Below, piece after piece: positions 35,964-45,221 of a stretch of DNA of 64,000 bases. The DNA lies in contig CP070777.1 in the NCBI GenBank assembly GCA_020346225.1, forward strand, positions 2,764,736-2,828,735. The letters are read 5' to 3'. The notes under the pieces are model-generated. The model was not told the origin of the DNA. It was given only the letters and a program-made list of their open reading frames with translations, and ran no database searches. A program made the translations under genes and the position numbers. Origin of the DNA: Candidatus Zixiibacteriota bacterium. Lineage in GTDB: Bacteria > Zixibacteria > MSB-5A5 > GN15 > FEB-12. Numbering within the stretch: position 1 is the first letter of the stretch; each line of letters begins with the position of its first letter.

Positions 35964-37064
35964 ATGGATCCCCGTGTGGAAAAACTGGCCAAAGTGCTTC
36001 TGCATTATTCACTGAAACTGAAGAAGGGACAGATTCTGAAGATTCAGGGCGAAACGGTGGCGTTGCCTCTGATCAAAGCCGCCTATGCCGAGGCCGTCAA
36101 GATCGGCGCCCACCCGTTTGTCAGCATGCTTATCCCGGACAACGAAGAAGCGTTCCTGAAACATGCTTCGGAAGAGCAGCTGAAATTCATCTCGCCCCTG
36201 GCGCGGGCCGAAGTGAACAAAATCCATGCCCTTTTGCATATCTGGGCCAGTGAGAATTTAAGATACCTGTCCTCGGTCGACCCGAAACGCCAGGCCCGGT
36301 TCTACCGTATTCGTCGCGTGCTCAAAGACCGTTTTTACAGACGCGTCGAGAAAAAGGAAGTGTCGTGGGTGGGCACGCAGTTTCCCACGCTGGCCGACGC
36401 CCAGGATGCGGACATGTCGCTTGCCGATTACGAGAACTTCGTCTTCCGCGCCGGTCACGTGCATGCGGGCAACGCGATAGCACACTGGAAGAAGGTGCAC
36501 CGCGAGCAGCAGCGCCTGGTCAGGATCCTCAACCGCTGCGACCGACTGCATCTTCAGGCACGCGACACCGACCTGAAACTCCGCGTCAAGGGCCGCCGGT
36601 GGATCAACTGCGCCGGCACCGAGAACTTCCCCGACGGGGAGATATTCACCTGCCCGGTCGAGAACTCGGCTGCAGGCTTCATACGCTATACCTATCCCGC
36701 CGTGTTCGGCGGCCGGGAAGTCGAGGACGTGCGCATGGAATTCAAAGAAGGCAAGGTCGTCAATGAGACCGCCGGGAAGAATGAGCGGTTTCTGACCGAG
36801 ATGCTCAATTCCGACAGAGGCGCCCGATACCTCGGCGAATTCGCCATCGGGACCAATTACGAGATAAAGCGTTTCTCCAAGAATACCCTCTTCGACGAAA
36901 AAATCGGCGGGACCTGTCACCTGGCCGTTGGCAACGGCATGGAAGAGGCCGGCGGCAAGAACAAAAGCGCCATTCACTGGGATATGGTGTGTGACCTGAA
37001 AAAGGATTCGCTGATTACGGCCGACGGCAAGGTTATTTACCGTAACGGCAAATTCTCGATCTGA
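35964..37064 (+). CDS. M29-family aminopeptidase (AmpS/PepS-like)
   Basis: GGAG RBS before the ATG at 35964. M29-like segments FPDGEIFT, GEFAIGTN and DEKIGGTCHLAVG. Confidence 0.8.
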   Translation: MDPRVEKLAKVLLHYSLKLKKGQILKIQGETVALPLIKAAYAEAVKIGAHPFVSMLIPDNEEAFLKHASEEQLKFISPLARAEVNKIHALLHIWASENLRYLSSVDPKRQARFYRIRRVLKDRFYRRVEKKEVSWVGTQFPTLADAQDADMSLADYENFVFRAGHVHAGNAIAHWKKVHREQQRLVRILNRCDRLHLQARDTDLKLRVKGRRWINCAGTENFPDGEIFTCPVENSAAGFIRYTYPAVFGGREVEDVRMEFKEGKVVNETAGKNERFLTEMLNSDRGARYLGEFAIGTNYEIKRFSKNTLFDEKIGGTCHLAVGNGMEEAGGKNKSAIHWDMVCDLKKDSLITADGKVIYRNGKFSI

Positions 37065-37066
37065 GA

Positions 37067-38758
37067 TTACGGCGAGGGCGGGGGCGAGCCGCCCTGGAAG
37101 AAGTATTCGACCATGTAGATGATGTCATTGATATCGACCACTTCGTCGGCGTTGGCGTCGGCCGACTGAAGGGCCGTCGGCACCGGCGTAAACTCGAAGA
37201 TATATCCCACCAGAAACACCAGGTCTCTGATATCGATCTGACCGCTGAAATCGGTGTCGCCGCGGTCGCCGCAGGCGGCGGCCGTTTCGGCGTTGACGAT
37301 TCCCCGGCCGTAGTCGTTGTCGGGCGCGTCCGCCTGCGAGCCGGTGGCCATCATCGCCTGACGAATCATCAGCGGCGTGTAATCGGGGTGGGCCTCGATT
37401 AGCAGACAGGCGGCGCCCGCCACAAGCGGCGCCGACAGCGAGGTGCCGCTGGCCGTGCCGTAGGTGGCGTCGCCGGATGCCGTGGCGCACGAGGTCGATA
37501 CGCCGCGAGCGCATACCTCCGGCTTGGTGCGGCCGTCATAGGTGGGGCCGCGCGATGAGAAGTAGGCAATATTCCCCAGCGCATCGACGGCTCCTATCGC
37601 CAGCATGTCGAAGGCGTCGGCCGGCGGGGCCAGCGTACCGGGATCCGGTCCATAATTGCCCATCGAGTTACAAACCACAATGCCAAGCCCGGCCGCGGTG
37701 TTGGCTGCAATCGTAATCACAGCTGTGGCTCCATCGAGGTCCGCATAGGTGTACCAGTCGGGATACGCCAGCGACGATGACACGACGTCGGCGCCCAGCC
37801 CTTCCGCCCACTCCAGCGCCGCTACCCAGTTGTCTTCTTCCACCGGCGTTTCGCTGGCGACGTCCTCCGTCTTGGCCAGAAGAAAATTGGCGCCGTAGGC
37901 CGGACCGTACAGGTGACCGTCCAGCCACCCGCCCGCCACCGACCAGACTATCGTGCCGTGATTCCACTGGCTGTAGGCATCCTCGGCTTCGTTGGCGGTT
38001 TCTTCGTCGTCGAAGACAAAATCGTATTCCGCCAGCACCCGGCCGTCAACGTAGTGCTGCGCGAACACCTCGTGGGTTTTGCGATAGCCGGTATCGAATA
38101 TCGCCAGAGTAACGCCCTGGCCGCTCAGGCCGCGCTGATGAAGGGCCGGGACCTTGATCTGTTCGAGTTGCGCCAGCGCCATGCCGTAATCGAGATCACC
38201 GGGCACCGCCGGCGCGTAGTCGGGGACATCGGGCTGTGGCAGGTCAACGTCCGGCCTGGCTTCGAAAGCGGCGACCGGTTTGATGGCCTGGACAAAGTCG
38301 TGATCGGCAATAACGTCTAACTGCGTCATCGGTATATCGAAAGAGGCGGCGTTGAGCCATCTCGAGACCCGCCTCAGCCGTCCGCCGTGGCCGGTTGCGG
38401 CCCGGACGTACGCGTCATTGACGGGAAGGTCGGCCATCAGCACCCGGGCGCGTCCGACCTTTGCCCGCCGCGTGAGGGCTCTGTCGCTTATCGTCACGGC
38501 GGCCGCAGCGGCGTCGAATTCGGCCTGTGTGAAGAGACCTTTATCGGTGAAGAAAACCCACACGCGGGCGACATCGGCGTTTCGCTCGGTCAGAAACCGG
38601 CGCACTTCGTCCGTCACCGGTCGAACTTCGCGAACGAGGGAGTGCGGTTCGCTTTCGAACGCAGTCGTTTGTGAAATCACAGCGTCGGGAAACCCGGTCA
38701 GGCTGAAGACTGTCGCTGCGAAAAGCAACCTGAGTGTAATGCGAGGTGCGGTTTTCAT
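37067..38758 (-). CDS. S8 subtilisin-like serine peptidase with a C-terminal dockerin-like domain
   Basis: Catalytic triad contexts IFDTGY (D), HGTIVWS (H) and GTSLSAPLVAG (S). Signal peptide present. Tail DFSGQIDIRDL / DANADEVVDINDI. Confidence 0.88.
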   Translation of the reverse strand: MKTAPRITLRLLFAATVFSLTGFPDAVISQTTAFESEPHSLVREVRPVTDEVRRFLTERNADVARVWVFFTDKGLFTQAEFDAAAAAVTISDRALTRRAKVGRARVLMADLPVNDAYVRAATGHGGRLRRVSRWLNAASFDIPMTQLDVIADHDFVQAIKPVAAFEARPDVDLPQPDVPDYAPAVPGDLDYGMALAQLEQIKVPALHQRGLSGQGVTLAIFDTGYRKTHEVFAQHYVDGRVLAEYDFVFDDEETANEAEDAYSQWNHGTIVWSVAGGWLDGHLYGPAYGANFLLAKTEDVASETPVEEDNWVAALEWAEGLGADVVSSSLAYPDWYTYADLDGATAVITIAANTAAGLGIVVCNSMGNYGPDPGTLAPPADAFDMLAIGAVDALGNIAYFSSRGPTYDGRTKPEVCARGVSTSCATASGDATYGTASGTSLSAPLVAGAACLLIEAHPDYTPLMIRQAMMATGSQADAPDNDYGRGIVNAETAAACGDRGDTDFSGQIDIRDLVFLVGYIFEFTPVPTALQSADANADEVVDINDIIYMVEYFFQGGSPPPSP

Positions 38759-39168
38759 CGACTCAGTCCTTTAAACGCCGTTCGCGCCGGGGCGGGTAGC
38801 CTCGAGAAGTGGTTAGACATTACTAAGTTAGCCACGTTTTGCCGATTGTCAACCGAATAGCTCGGCTCCCACTGGTATGGGAGCCATCCCATACTTCTAC
38901 ATCGGCCGATTGCCCGTCAACTTTGGCCGCCCGCCGGGAATCGCCGCCAGATCGCCGGTAACTCCTTTTGACGCATGACACTTGCCCCAGCCGCCGGCAG
39001 AACGGCACAATCCTCGGGTTTAGGTATGGGATATGCTCCATTTTGATCCTGGAATGGGTCTTGTGGCCCATCGGAGCTGAAATATATGAGAAAAACCGCT
39101 TATACAGCGGTCAACAGCGGTCCGGTAAGCGGGTCTAAATTAACGTGAGAATGGATGGTGAAATAGTT

Positions 39169-39684
39169 ATGAAAAAGAGGCTGATATCCTGTCGCGGCAT
39201 AACGCTCATGGAAATTATGATCGGCGTGGTCATCGTCAGCGTCGTCGCCAGCATGGCCGTGCCGAGCTTTCAAAACGCGATCGAACGGGCCAATTTTCGC
39301 TCGGTCAACCGGGACATCGTCTCCGACCTGAGAATGGCCCGCTCGCGCGCCATCTCCGAGCGGGAGAGCTTCGGGGTGCACTTCGACGACCTTAAGCGCC
39401 AGGTGACCTTCTTTCTGAAGGTAGATAGCCTGACACCCGACAAGTACGTGATTGGCACCGACTCAGTCGTAAGAATAGACACTCTCGAGGACGAGCTTGA
39501 CTTTTTGTCGACCCTTACGGACACCGTTTTTGCTAGCGGCACGTTCGTGTTCAGTCCGAACGGGTCGGCCAGCACCGGCGGATTGATAGTCACCATCAAG
39601 GCTTCCCCGGAATATGTCGGGGTGGGCACAGTCGATATCCTAGCCTCCACGGGGCGAATCAAGCAGCTAACCTGGATCTGGTAA
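39169..39684 (+). CDS. Type IV pilin-like pseudopilin (GspH/FimT family)
   Basis: Prepilin leader and methylation site ...CRG/ITLMEIMIGVVIVSV, with a FimT/GspH-like SDLRMARSRAI segment. Confidence 0.75.
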   Translation: MKKRLISCRGITLMEIMIGVVIVSVVASMAVPSFQNAIERANFRSVNRDIVSDLRMARSRAISERESFGVHFDDLKRQVTFFLKVDSLTPDKYVIGTDSVVRIDTLEDELDFLSTLTDTVFASGTFVFSPNGSASTGGLIVTIKASPEYVGVGTVDILASTGRIKQLTWIW

Positions 39685-39718
39685 ATAGATACAGCCGGCG
39701 AGAACAGCAGCCCTGACG

Positions 39719-39747
39719 CCCCCTCTTTCGAGAGGGGGTTTCTATTT
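39719..39747 (+). terminator. Rho-independent terminator
   Basis: Stem CCCCCTCT/AGAGGGGG with loop TTCG, followed by TTTCTATTT. Confidence 0.8.
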
Positions 39748-39966
39748 GTGTACCAACGGGTTACCCCGGCATCGATTATAATGATATTTAGGTAAAGGGT
39801 AGCTTCAGTTTTTCCGATAACTATCTAAACGGATTGACCGGCCGAGTTGAGAGGCCGGGGCGGTTCGGATTATGCAGCGCCTGATTTTTGAGGCGGGGCG
39901 CTTAATTGAGTACAGAATTTGACGATAATAACGGTTAGGAACAAAAGTAACTCATAAGCAAAGAGA

Positions 39967-41028
39967 ATGACATATATGCTGTTATCACGCGGTAAAAGAA
40001 GCACGGTTGGTCTGGACATCGGGGCGAATTCGATAAAGTTGGTCAAGCTTGATCACTCCAAGTCCGGTTACTCTGTGTCGGCCATCGGCGTCCGCGAACT
40101 GCCGCCGGAAGCTATTGTGGCCGATGAAATCAGAGACCGTGAAGCAGTGATTTTCAATATCCAGTCCCTGATTGACCAGACGGACCCCAAGATAAAGGAC
40201 GTTGTCGTTTCAATATCGGGCCACAGCGTCATTACCGACCGCTTCTGTATCGACAAGAAGACCGGCGCCGAAGCCGAGCAGGCCATTCTTTTCGAGACCG
40301 AGCAGCGCGCGCCGTTTGATATCGAAGACGTGTCGCTTGATTATCACGTTGTCAAAACCGACGATGACAGCAACAAGATGGACGTGTTGCTGGTGGCCGC
40401 GCGTAAGGAATATCTGCGCATGTACCTCGAACTGATCCAGGATTGCGGTCTGCACCCGGTGATCGTCGACGACGACGCTCTGGCCATCTACAACGCCTAC
40501 ACGGAGAACTACGAAGTCGACCCGACCAGGGTGACGGCTCTGGTGAATATCGGCCATGATGTCACCAATATCACTTATCTGCAGGACGGTATGTTCCAGT
40601 CGACGCGCGACGTTTCGGCCGGCACCAGGGAAATCTACAACGCCATCCAGAAAGAATTCCGACTCAATCCTGAATTGACGGCCAAGGCCATAAAGGGCGA
40701 CATGAAGGACTCCATCGACGAGGATATGCTCAAGGCGACCATCATCTCATCGACCGACGAGCTTATCTCGGGCGTGGAACTGGCCTTCTCGTACTTCAAG
40801 TCTCAGGCCAAGGTCGAAAGTATAGATTGGATCGTGCTCTCGGGCGGCGGCTCGTTGGTACCGTATCTTCCGGAGTTCCTTCAGTCCAAGCTAAACGTGC
40901 CTCTGGAAATCGCCAACCCGCTGCGCAACGTGGACTACGATCCGGAGTTGTTCCAGTACCTCCAACCGGAAAAGATTGCGCCGCTGCTGACGGTTTCGGT
41001 TGGTTTAGCCATGCGGAAGGTGAGGTAG
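39967..41028 (+). CDS. pilM: Type IV pilus assembly protein PilM (actin-like ATPase fold)
   Basis: GLDIGANSIKLVKL N-terminus. Length and position upstream of pilN/O/P/Q fit PilM. Confidence 0.88.
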   Translation: MTYMLLSRGKRSTVGLDIGANSIKLVKLDHSKSGYSVSAIGVRELPPEAIVADEIRDREAVIFNIQSLIDQTDPKIKDVVVSISGHSVITDRFCIDKKTGAEAEQAILFETEQRAPFDIEDVSLDYHVVKTDDDSNKMDVLLVAARKEYLRMYLELIQDCGLHPVIVDDDALAIYNAYTENYEVDPTRVTALVNIGHDVTNITYLQDGMFQSTRDVSAGTREIYNAIQKEFRLNPELTAKAIKGDMKDSIDEDMLKATIISSTDELISGVELAFSYFKSQAKVESIDWIVLSGGGSLVPYLPEFLQSKLNVPLEIANPLRNVDYDPELFQYLQPEKIAPLLTVSVGLAMRKVR

Positions 41029-41035
41029 AGCACTT

Positions 41036-41776
41036 ATGATAGATATAAATCTACTTCCAAAGGATTACCTGAAAAGGTCATTCGACCTCTCCCTGGGTAA
41101 GACCGGCATGTATGCCCTCGGTGGGGCGGCCGCAGTCCTGGTGACGCTGGCAATTGTGACCGTCTCGATGAAGGCCAGACTGGGCAGCACCGATGACAAA
41201 ATCGCCAAAGCCCGTCAGAGACAGGCGGTGCTTATGGAGGATATCAAGGTGGTCGATGCTCTCACCGACGTGAAACAGAAAATCACGCACCGGATGAGAG
41301 CCGTGGAGAAGCTCGACAGCCGGCGCTCGGCCTGGGTCAGGGTCCTTGAAGACGTTGCCCGCAACGTGCCGGAGTTCGTCTGGCTGGGCCGGTTCCAGGA
41401 GAAATCTCCCGAAGCCGACAACCTCGATAAGGCCAAGCGGGGGGCCACCGCCGCAAAACAACAGCAGGAGCCGAAAGCCGAACCGCAAAAGGCCCCACCC
41501 CTGCCGCCTTTTCAGAAGGGCGAAGTGGAGGGCTATGCCTTCACCCTTAACGCCCTGGCCTCGTTTATGATCAAGATGATGCGCTCGGACTATTTCGACG
41601 AGGTTGAGCTGGTCACCACCAATGAAGTAAGTATAGATGAGAAGAAAGCTTATAACTTCGTGCTGAGCTTCAATATTCACTATCTCTCGGATGAGCAGCT
41701 GCGCAGTCTGATTGCCTCCGAGGATGAACAGAGCCAGCCGCAAGACTCCAAAACTACCCATAAGAGCTTAAACTAG
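41036..41776 (+). CDS. pilN: Type IV pilus assembly protein PilN (with a charged insertion)
   Basis: N-terminal IDINLLP motif, a single TM helix and a coiled segment. Synteny supports the call. Confidence 0.8.
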   Translation: MIDINLLPKDYLKRSFDLSLGKTGMYALGGAAAVLVTLAIVTVSMKARLGSTDDKIAKARQRQAVLMEDIKVVDALTDVKQKITHRMRAVEKLDSRRSAWVRVLEDVARNVPEFVWLGRFQEKSPEADNLDKAKRGATAAKQQQEPKAEPQKAPPLPPFQKGEVEGYAFTLNALASFMIKMMRSDYFDEVELVTTNEVSIDEKKAYNFVLSFNIHYLSDEQLRSLIASEDEQSQPQDSKTTHKSLN

Positions 41777-41787
41777 GATAAACCGTT

Positions 41788-42408
41788 ATGGATTTGAAAG
41801 ATTCGAAAACGCAGAAAATAGCGCTGGGAGTCCTGGCTTTCTTTATCGTCGTCTATTTCTGGTATACCCGGGTCTATACCGACATTTCCGAGCAACTGAC
41901 CGTCAAGACCCAGGAGCTGGAGACTATTTCGACCAACCTCAAGAACGTCGAGCTGAAGGCCAAATCTCTTGAAGCGTTGAAGATTGAGTACGATGAACTG
42001 CTTGAGAGATATCAGGAAATCGAGCAACTGCTCCCCGAAGTGAAGCAGATTCCGTCGTTCCTGGTGCAGCTTCATACCGCCTCATCCATAACCGGCACCA
42101 AGATCACCCGCGTTCACCCGTTGCCGATCAAGAGCCAGGAATTCTACAACATAGCCGAATTCGACATCGAAGTGACCGGTACCTACCACGATTTCGGAAC
42201 CTTCATCAGCTACGTGGCCAACTTCCCCTTTATAGCAAACGTTTCGGCGGTCAAGGTCAATGCGGTCGACGTGGCAATCAAGAAGAGCGATAACGATAAG
42301 GAAGGCGGCTTGAACGAACTGCGCAAGCGGGAGACCATTACGGCGCAGTTCAAACTGGCCACCTATTTCGTCAAGGAAGAAGAGCGGCTCAGAGAGCTGG
42401 TCTTATAG
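41788..42408 (+). CDS. pilO: Type IV pilus assembly protein PilO
   Basis: Single TM helix, coiled coil and a ferredoxin-like C-terminal part. Synteny supports the call. Confidence 0.75.
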   Translation: MDLKDSKTQKIALGVLAFFIVVYFWYTRVYTDISEQLTVKTQELETISTNLKNVELKAKSLEALKIEYDELLERYQEIEQLLPEVKQIPSFLVQLHTASSITGTKITRVHPLPIKSQEFYNIAEFDIEVTGTYHDFGTFISYVANFPFIANVSAVKVNAVDVAIKKSDNDKEGGLNELRKRETITAQFKLATYFVKEEERLRELVL

Positions 42409-42419
42409 GAGGTAATTAG

Positions 42420-43763
42420 GTGATGAAGAAGATTCTGATATTTGCGATCGCTGCAATTGCTCTGTTCGCTTCCGGACAAGCGGCCGCCTCCGACGTGACC
42501 AATATATCCTTGAGCTGTGCCGATGGTTCGACGATGGCCGCTATATATGTGGACGGGGCCATTCGTTTTACCCATCAAACCGAGCCGGCCAAAGACGGCA
42601 AGCCCTTCAGGGTTATTGTAGACATTCTCACGGCGTCCCACCGCCTGAGTGCCAACAACTTCCATGCGCTGCCGGACTGCCCGGTCAAGGCGATACGTAC
42701 CAGCCAGTACTCTCGCCAGCCCGAGGCCATCGTCCGGGTCGTTTTCGACATGGAGGGCGAGCAGGTATACCGGGTACAATCTGACGCCAATTCGATAAAG
42801 TTGTATTTCGCCGACAGGGCCAAACGAAGCTTCGCGGCCTGGTCCAGCAGCGGTCCGACCCCGAAACCGGCCGCGGCCAAGCCGGCCCGCAAATCGACGG
42901 CCGAACTCAACAATACTATAGATAAAGACCGCATGGCCAGCCTGACGCCTCAGGAAACGGCGGCCCCCAGGAACAAGGCGAAAGCCGCGCCGCCGCAGGC
43001 TGTCTCCAAAAGCTCTCCCCAAAAGGTGAGTTCGCAGCAACCCTCGGTCTGGTCAACCGGTGATTCTTACGGGCCTTATGTCGATGCCTCCTTGCTGGAG
43101 AAGACCGCGACGCCGTCAAAGCCGGTGGCAAAGCCGGCGGCCAAACCAAAGGCGACGCCGGAGAAAAAGGCTCCGGCCAAGACCGTCCAGCAGCCCTTGA
43201 AATCCGAGGCAAAACCGCCTGCGGTAAAAGAGAAGCCTCAACCGGCTCCGGTAAAGGCTCAGAAGAAGCCGGTTCTTGCTACAGTAAAGGCTAATCCGGC
43301 ATCCGAGCCGCCGGCCCGGCCGACGAATGTAGCCGAGAAACCGGCCCAGCCCGAGAAGCAGCCCCCGTCCCGGTCTACTTCGCGCTTCCGCCGTTCGCCA
43401 GTGACTTCGAAGAAGATCAAGGGCACCATGGTAGCGGAATTCCCCAAGCGGCTGGTCATCAAATACAAGTCGAAGCGGTACCGCGACCCGTTTGCGACGC
43501 TTATCGATGAAACCAAGACCTATGATAATCCGGTCGAAAGACAGGTCCCCAACGTCGAGGGCCTCAAGCTGGTCGGTGTGCTCCAGGCCGGTTCCCGCGA
43601 CAACCGGGCGCTCTTTGAGGACAAGGAAGGTTACGGATATATCCTCAAGACCGGTGATAAGGTTCAGAAAGGATATGTCCTTCGCGTAGAGTCCGACCGC
43701 GTCTACTTCCAGATATTCGAATATGGCTGGAGTCGAACGGTGGCTCTTTATCTCGAAAGTTAA
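42420..43763 (+). CDS. AMIN-domain / long K-P-A-rich linker / PilP-like domain fusion protein
   Basis: Signal peptide present. AMIN-like N-terminal domain (..RVIVDIL...IRTSQYSRQPEAIVRVVFDM..). About 200 aa of low-complexity KPAAKP-type sequence. C-terminal PilP-like LKLVGVLQAG..ALFEDKEGYGYILKTGDKV. Confidence 0.75.
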   Translation: MMKKILIFAIAAIALFASGQAAASDVTNISLSCADGSTMAAIYVDGAIRFTHQTEPAKDGKPFRVIVDILTASHRLSANNFHALPDCPVKAIRTSQYSRQPEAIVRVVFDMEGEQVYRVQSDANSIKLYFADRAKRSFAAWSSSGPTPKPAAAKPARKSTAELNNTIDKDRMASLTPQETAAPRNKAKAAPPQAVSKSSPQKVSSQQPSVWSTGDSYGPYVDASLLEKTATPSKPVAKPAAKPKATPEKKAPAKTVQQPLKSEAKPPAVKEKPQPAPVKAQKKPVLATVKANPASEPPARPTNVAEKPAQPEKQPPSRSTSRFRRSPVTSKKIKGTMVAEFPKRLVIKYKSKRYRDPFATLIDETKTYDNPVERQVPNVEGLKLVGVLQAGSRDNRALFEDKEGYGYILKTGDKVQKGYVLRVESDRVYFQIFEYGWSRTVALYLES

Positions 43764-43782
43764 CGAAAGGCAGGTAGGAAAT

Positions 43783-45069
43783 ATGTCTGGGAAAATTCTA
43801 AAATCACCGATCTGGGTTCCGCTGTTATTGTTTTTGGCGGTTACGTTTATCGGCACCACGGCGGCCCAGGAGGAACATGATCCTTCGGTTCCGATAGCGA
43901 ACCTGCAGTATCAGTCGGCTGATATCAAGTCGGTGTTTACCTTCCTGGCGGACTACGGCGGCGTTAATGTGGTTATCGCCCCGGACGTCAGCGGAACGGT
44001 CACCATCAAACTAAGAGACGTTCAGTGGCGTGCCGCCATGGACATTATCGGCCGCACCTACGCGCTGGCCGTGGTGGACGAGGAAGATGGTTATATCCGG
44101 GTTCTTCCCGCCGAGGCTTACCGCAAGGAAGTCACCGAGCAGGAAAAGCACAAGAAGGAAACCCGCGAGCTGGCGGCCCTGGAGACGAAGATCGTCAAGA
44201 TTTCAAACTCCACTTCGGACGATGTTGTCGCGGCGGTCAAGTCGTTGATGACCGAGCGCGGAGTGGCGTCCAGCGATGCCCGCTCCAACTCGATCATCAT
44301 TCAGGAGGTGCCCAGCAACATGCCTAATGTGCTGAGCTACATCTCCGAACTGGACAAACCTGCCAAGCAGATCAAGATTTCCGCCAGGCTTCTGGAGATA
44401 TTCTCCGAGGACATGCAGGAACTGGGTATCGAGTGGATGGCTGAAGGTACTTATACCACCGAGTCCGGCCGTTCCTATCCCCAGGCCGGCGGCGTTAACG
44501 CTCTCCGTAACACCGATTTCGCGGTCGGCTATCGGGTCACGGCCCTGCAGCACGGCTGGAGCGCGGACGCTATCGTTGAGGCTATCGTCCAGAACGACAA
44601 GGGCCGGATTATCGCCCATCCCGAAATCACCACCATCGACAACAAGGAAGCCAAGATTCAGATGGGGCAGAAGATCCCGGTGAAACAGTTTGACGAAGCC
44701 GGCAACGTCGTCATCAGGTTTGAAGAGGTCGGTACCATCCTGCTGGTCACCCCGCACCTGACCGCCGAAGACCAGATTCTTATGGAGCTGCAGCCGGAAC
44801 GGTCGACCTACCAGTTCGACCCTAACGGAGTTATTATCAACACCAGCAACGCCCGGACCAATGTCATCGTGAACAATGGCCAGACGGCGGTGATCGGCGG
44901 CCTGACGACCGAAGACGATGTCGAGACCGAAATCGGTGTCCCCATTCTGAAAGATATTCCGCTACTGGGAAATCTTTTCAAGTATACCAACAAGCGCACG
45001 GAAAGCCGGGACCTGATAATCTTCGTGACGCCGACCATCGTCGAGGACGGCCTGGCCATGGAGGGATAA
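43783..45069 (+). CDS. pilQ: Type IV pilus secretin PilQ (no AMIN domain)
   Basis: Signal peptide, N0-like domain and secretin C-terminal domain ...GQTAVIGGL...GVPILKDIPLLGNLF...IFVTPTIV. Confidence 0.88.
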   Translation: MSGKILKSPIWVPLLLFLAVTFIGTTAAQEEHDPSVPIANLQYQSADIKSVFTFLADYGGVNVVIAPDVSGTVTIKLRDVQWRAAMDIIGRTYALAVVDEEDGYIRVLPAEAYRKEVTEQEKHKKETRELAALETKIVKISNSTSDDVVAAVKSLMTERGVASSDARSNSIIIQEVPSNMPNVLSYISELDKPAKQIKISARLLEIFSEDMQELGIEWMAEGTYTTESGRSYPQAGGVNALRNTDFAVGYRVTALQHGWSADAIVEAIVQNDKGRIIAHPEITTIDNKEAKIQMGQKIPVKQFDEAGNVVIRFEEVGTILLVTPHLTAEDQILMELQPERSTYQFDPNGVIINTSNARTNVIVNNGQTAVIGGLTTEDDVETEIGVPILKDIPLLGNLFKYTNKRTESRDLIIFVTPTIVEDGLAMEG

Positions 45070-45093
45070 TCCCAGACTAATTTTGTCCACTCA

Positions 45094-45127
45094 AGCCCTC
45101 TCTTTTCTTAAGGGGGGGCTTTTTGGT
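45094..45127 (+). terminator. Probable intrinsic terminator after pilQ
   Basis: Stem AGCCCTC/GGGGGCT (one G-U pair) followed by TTTTGGTT. Confidence 0.55.
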
Positions 45128-45221
45128 TCTAAATGATGGGCCATAAGTTTCCGATAATCTATACAAGGGTTATATCGCGATAACGGAAGACAAATCAAAG
45201 TAACTAAATCTAGGAGCAGTT

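Noticed and set aside
38823-39071. 82-aa minus-strand ORF in the 410-nt gap between the S8 peptidase and pseudopilin genes.
   Set aside because: It is highly basic and Arg/Ser-rich, with no RBS. The region is more likely a divergent promoter region.
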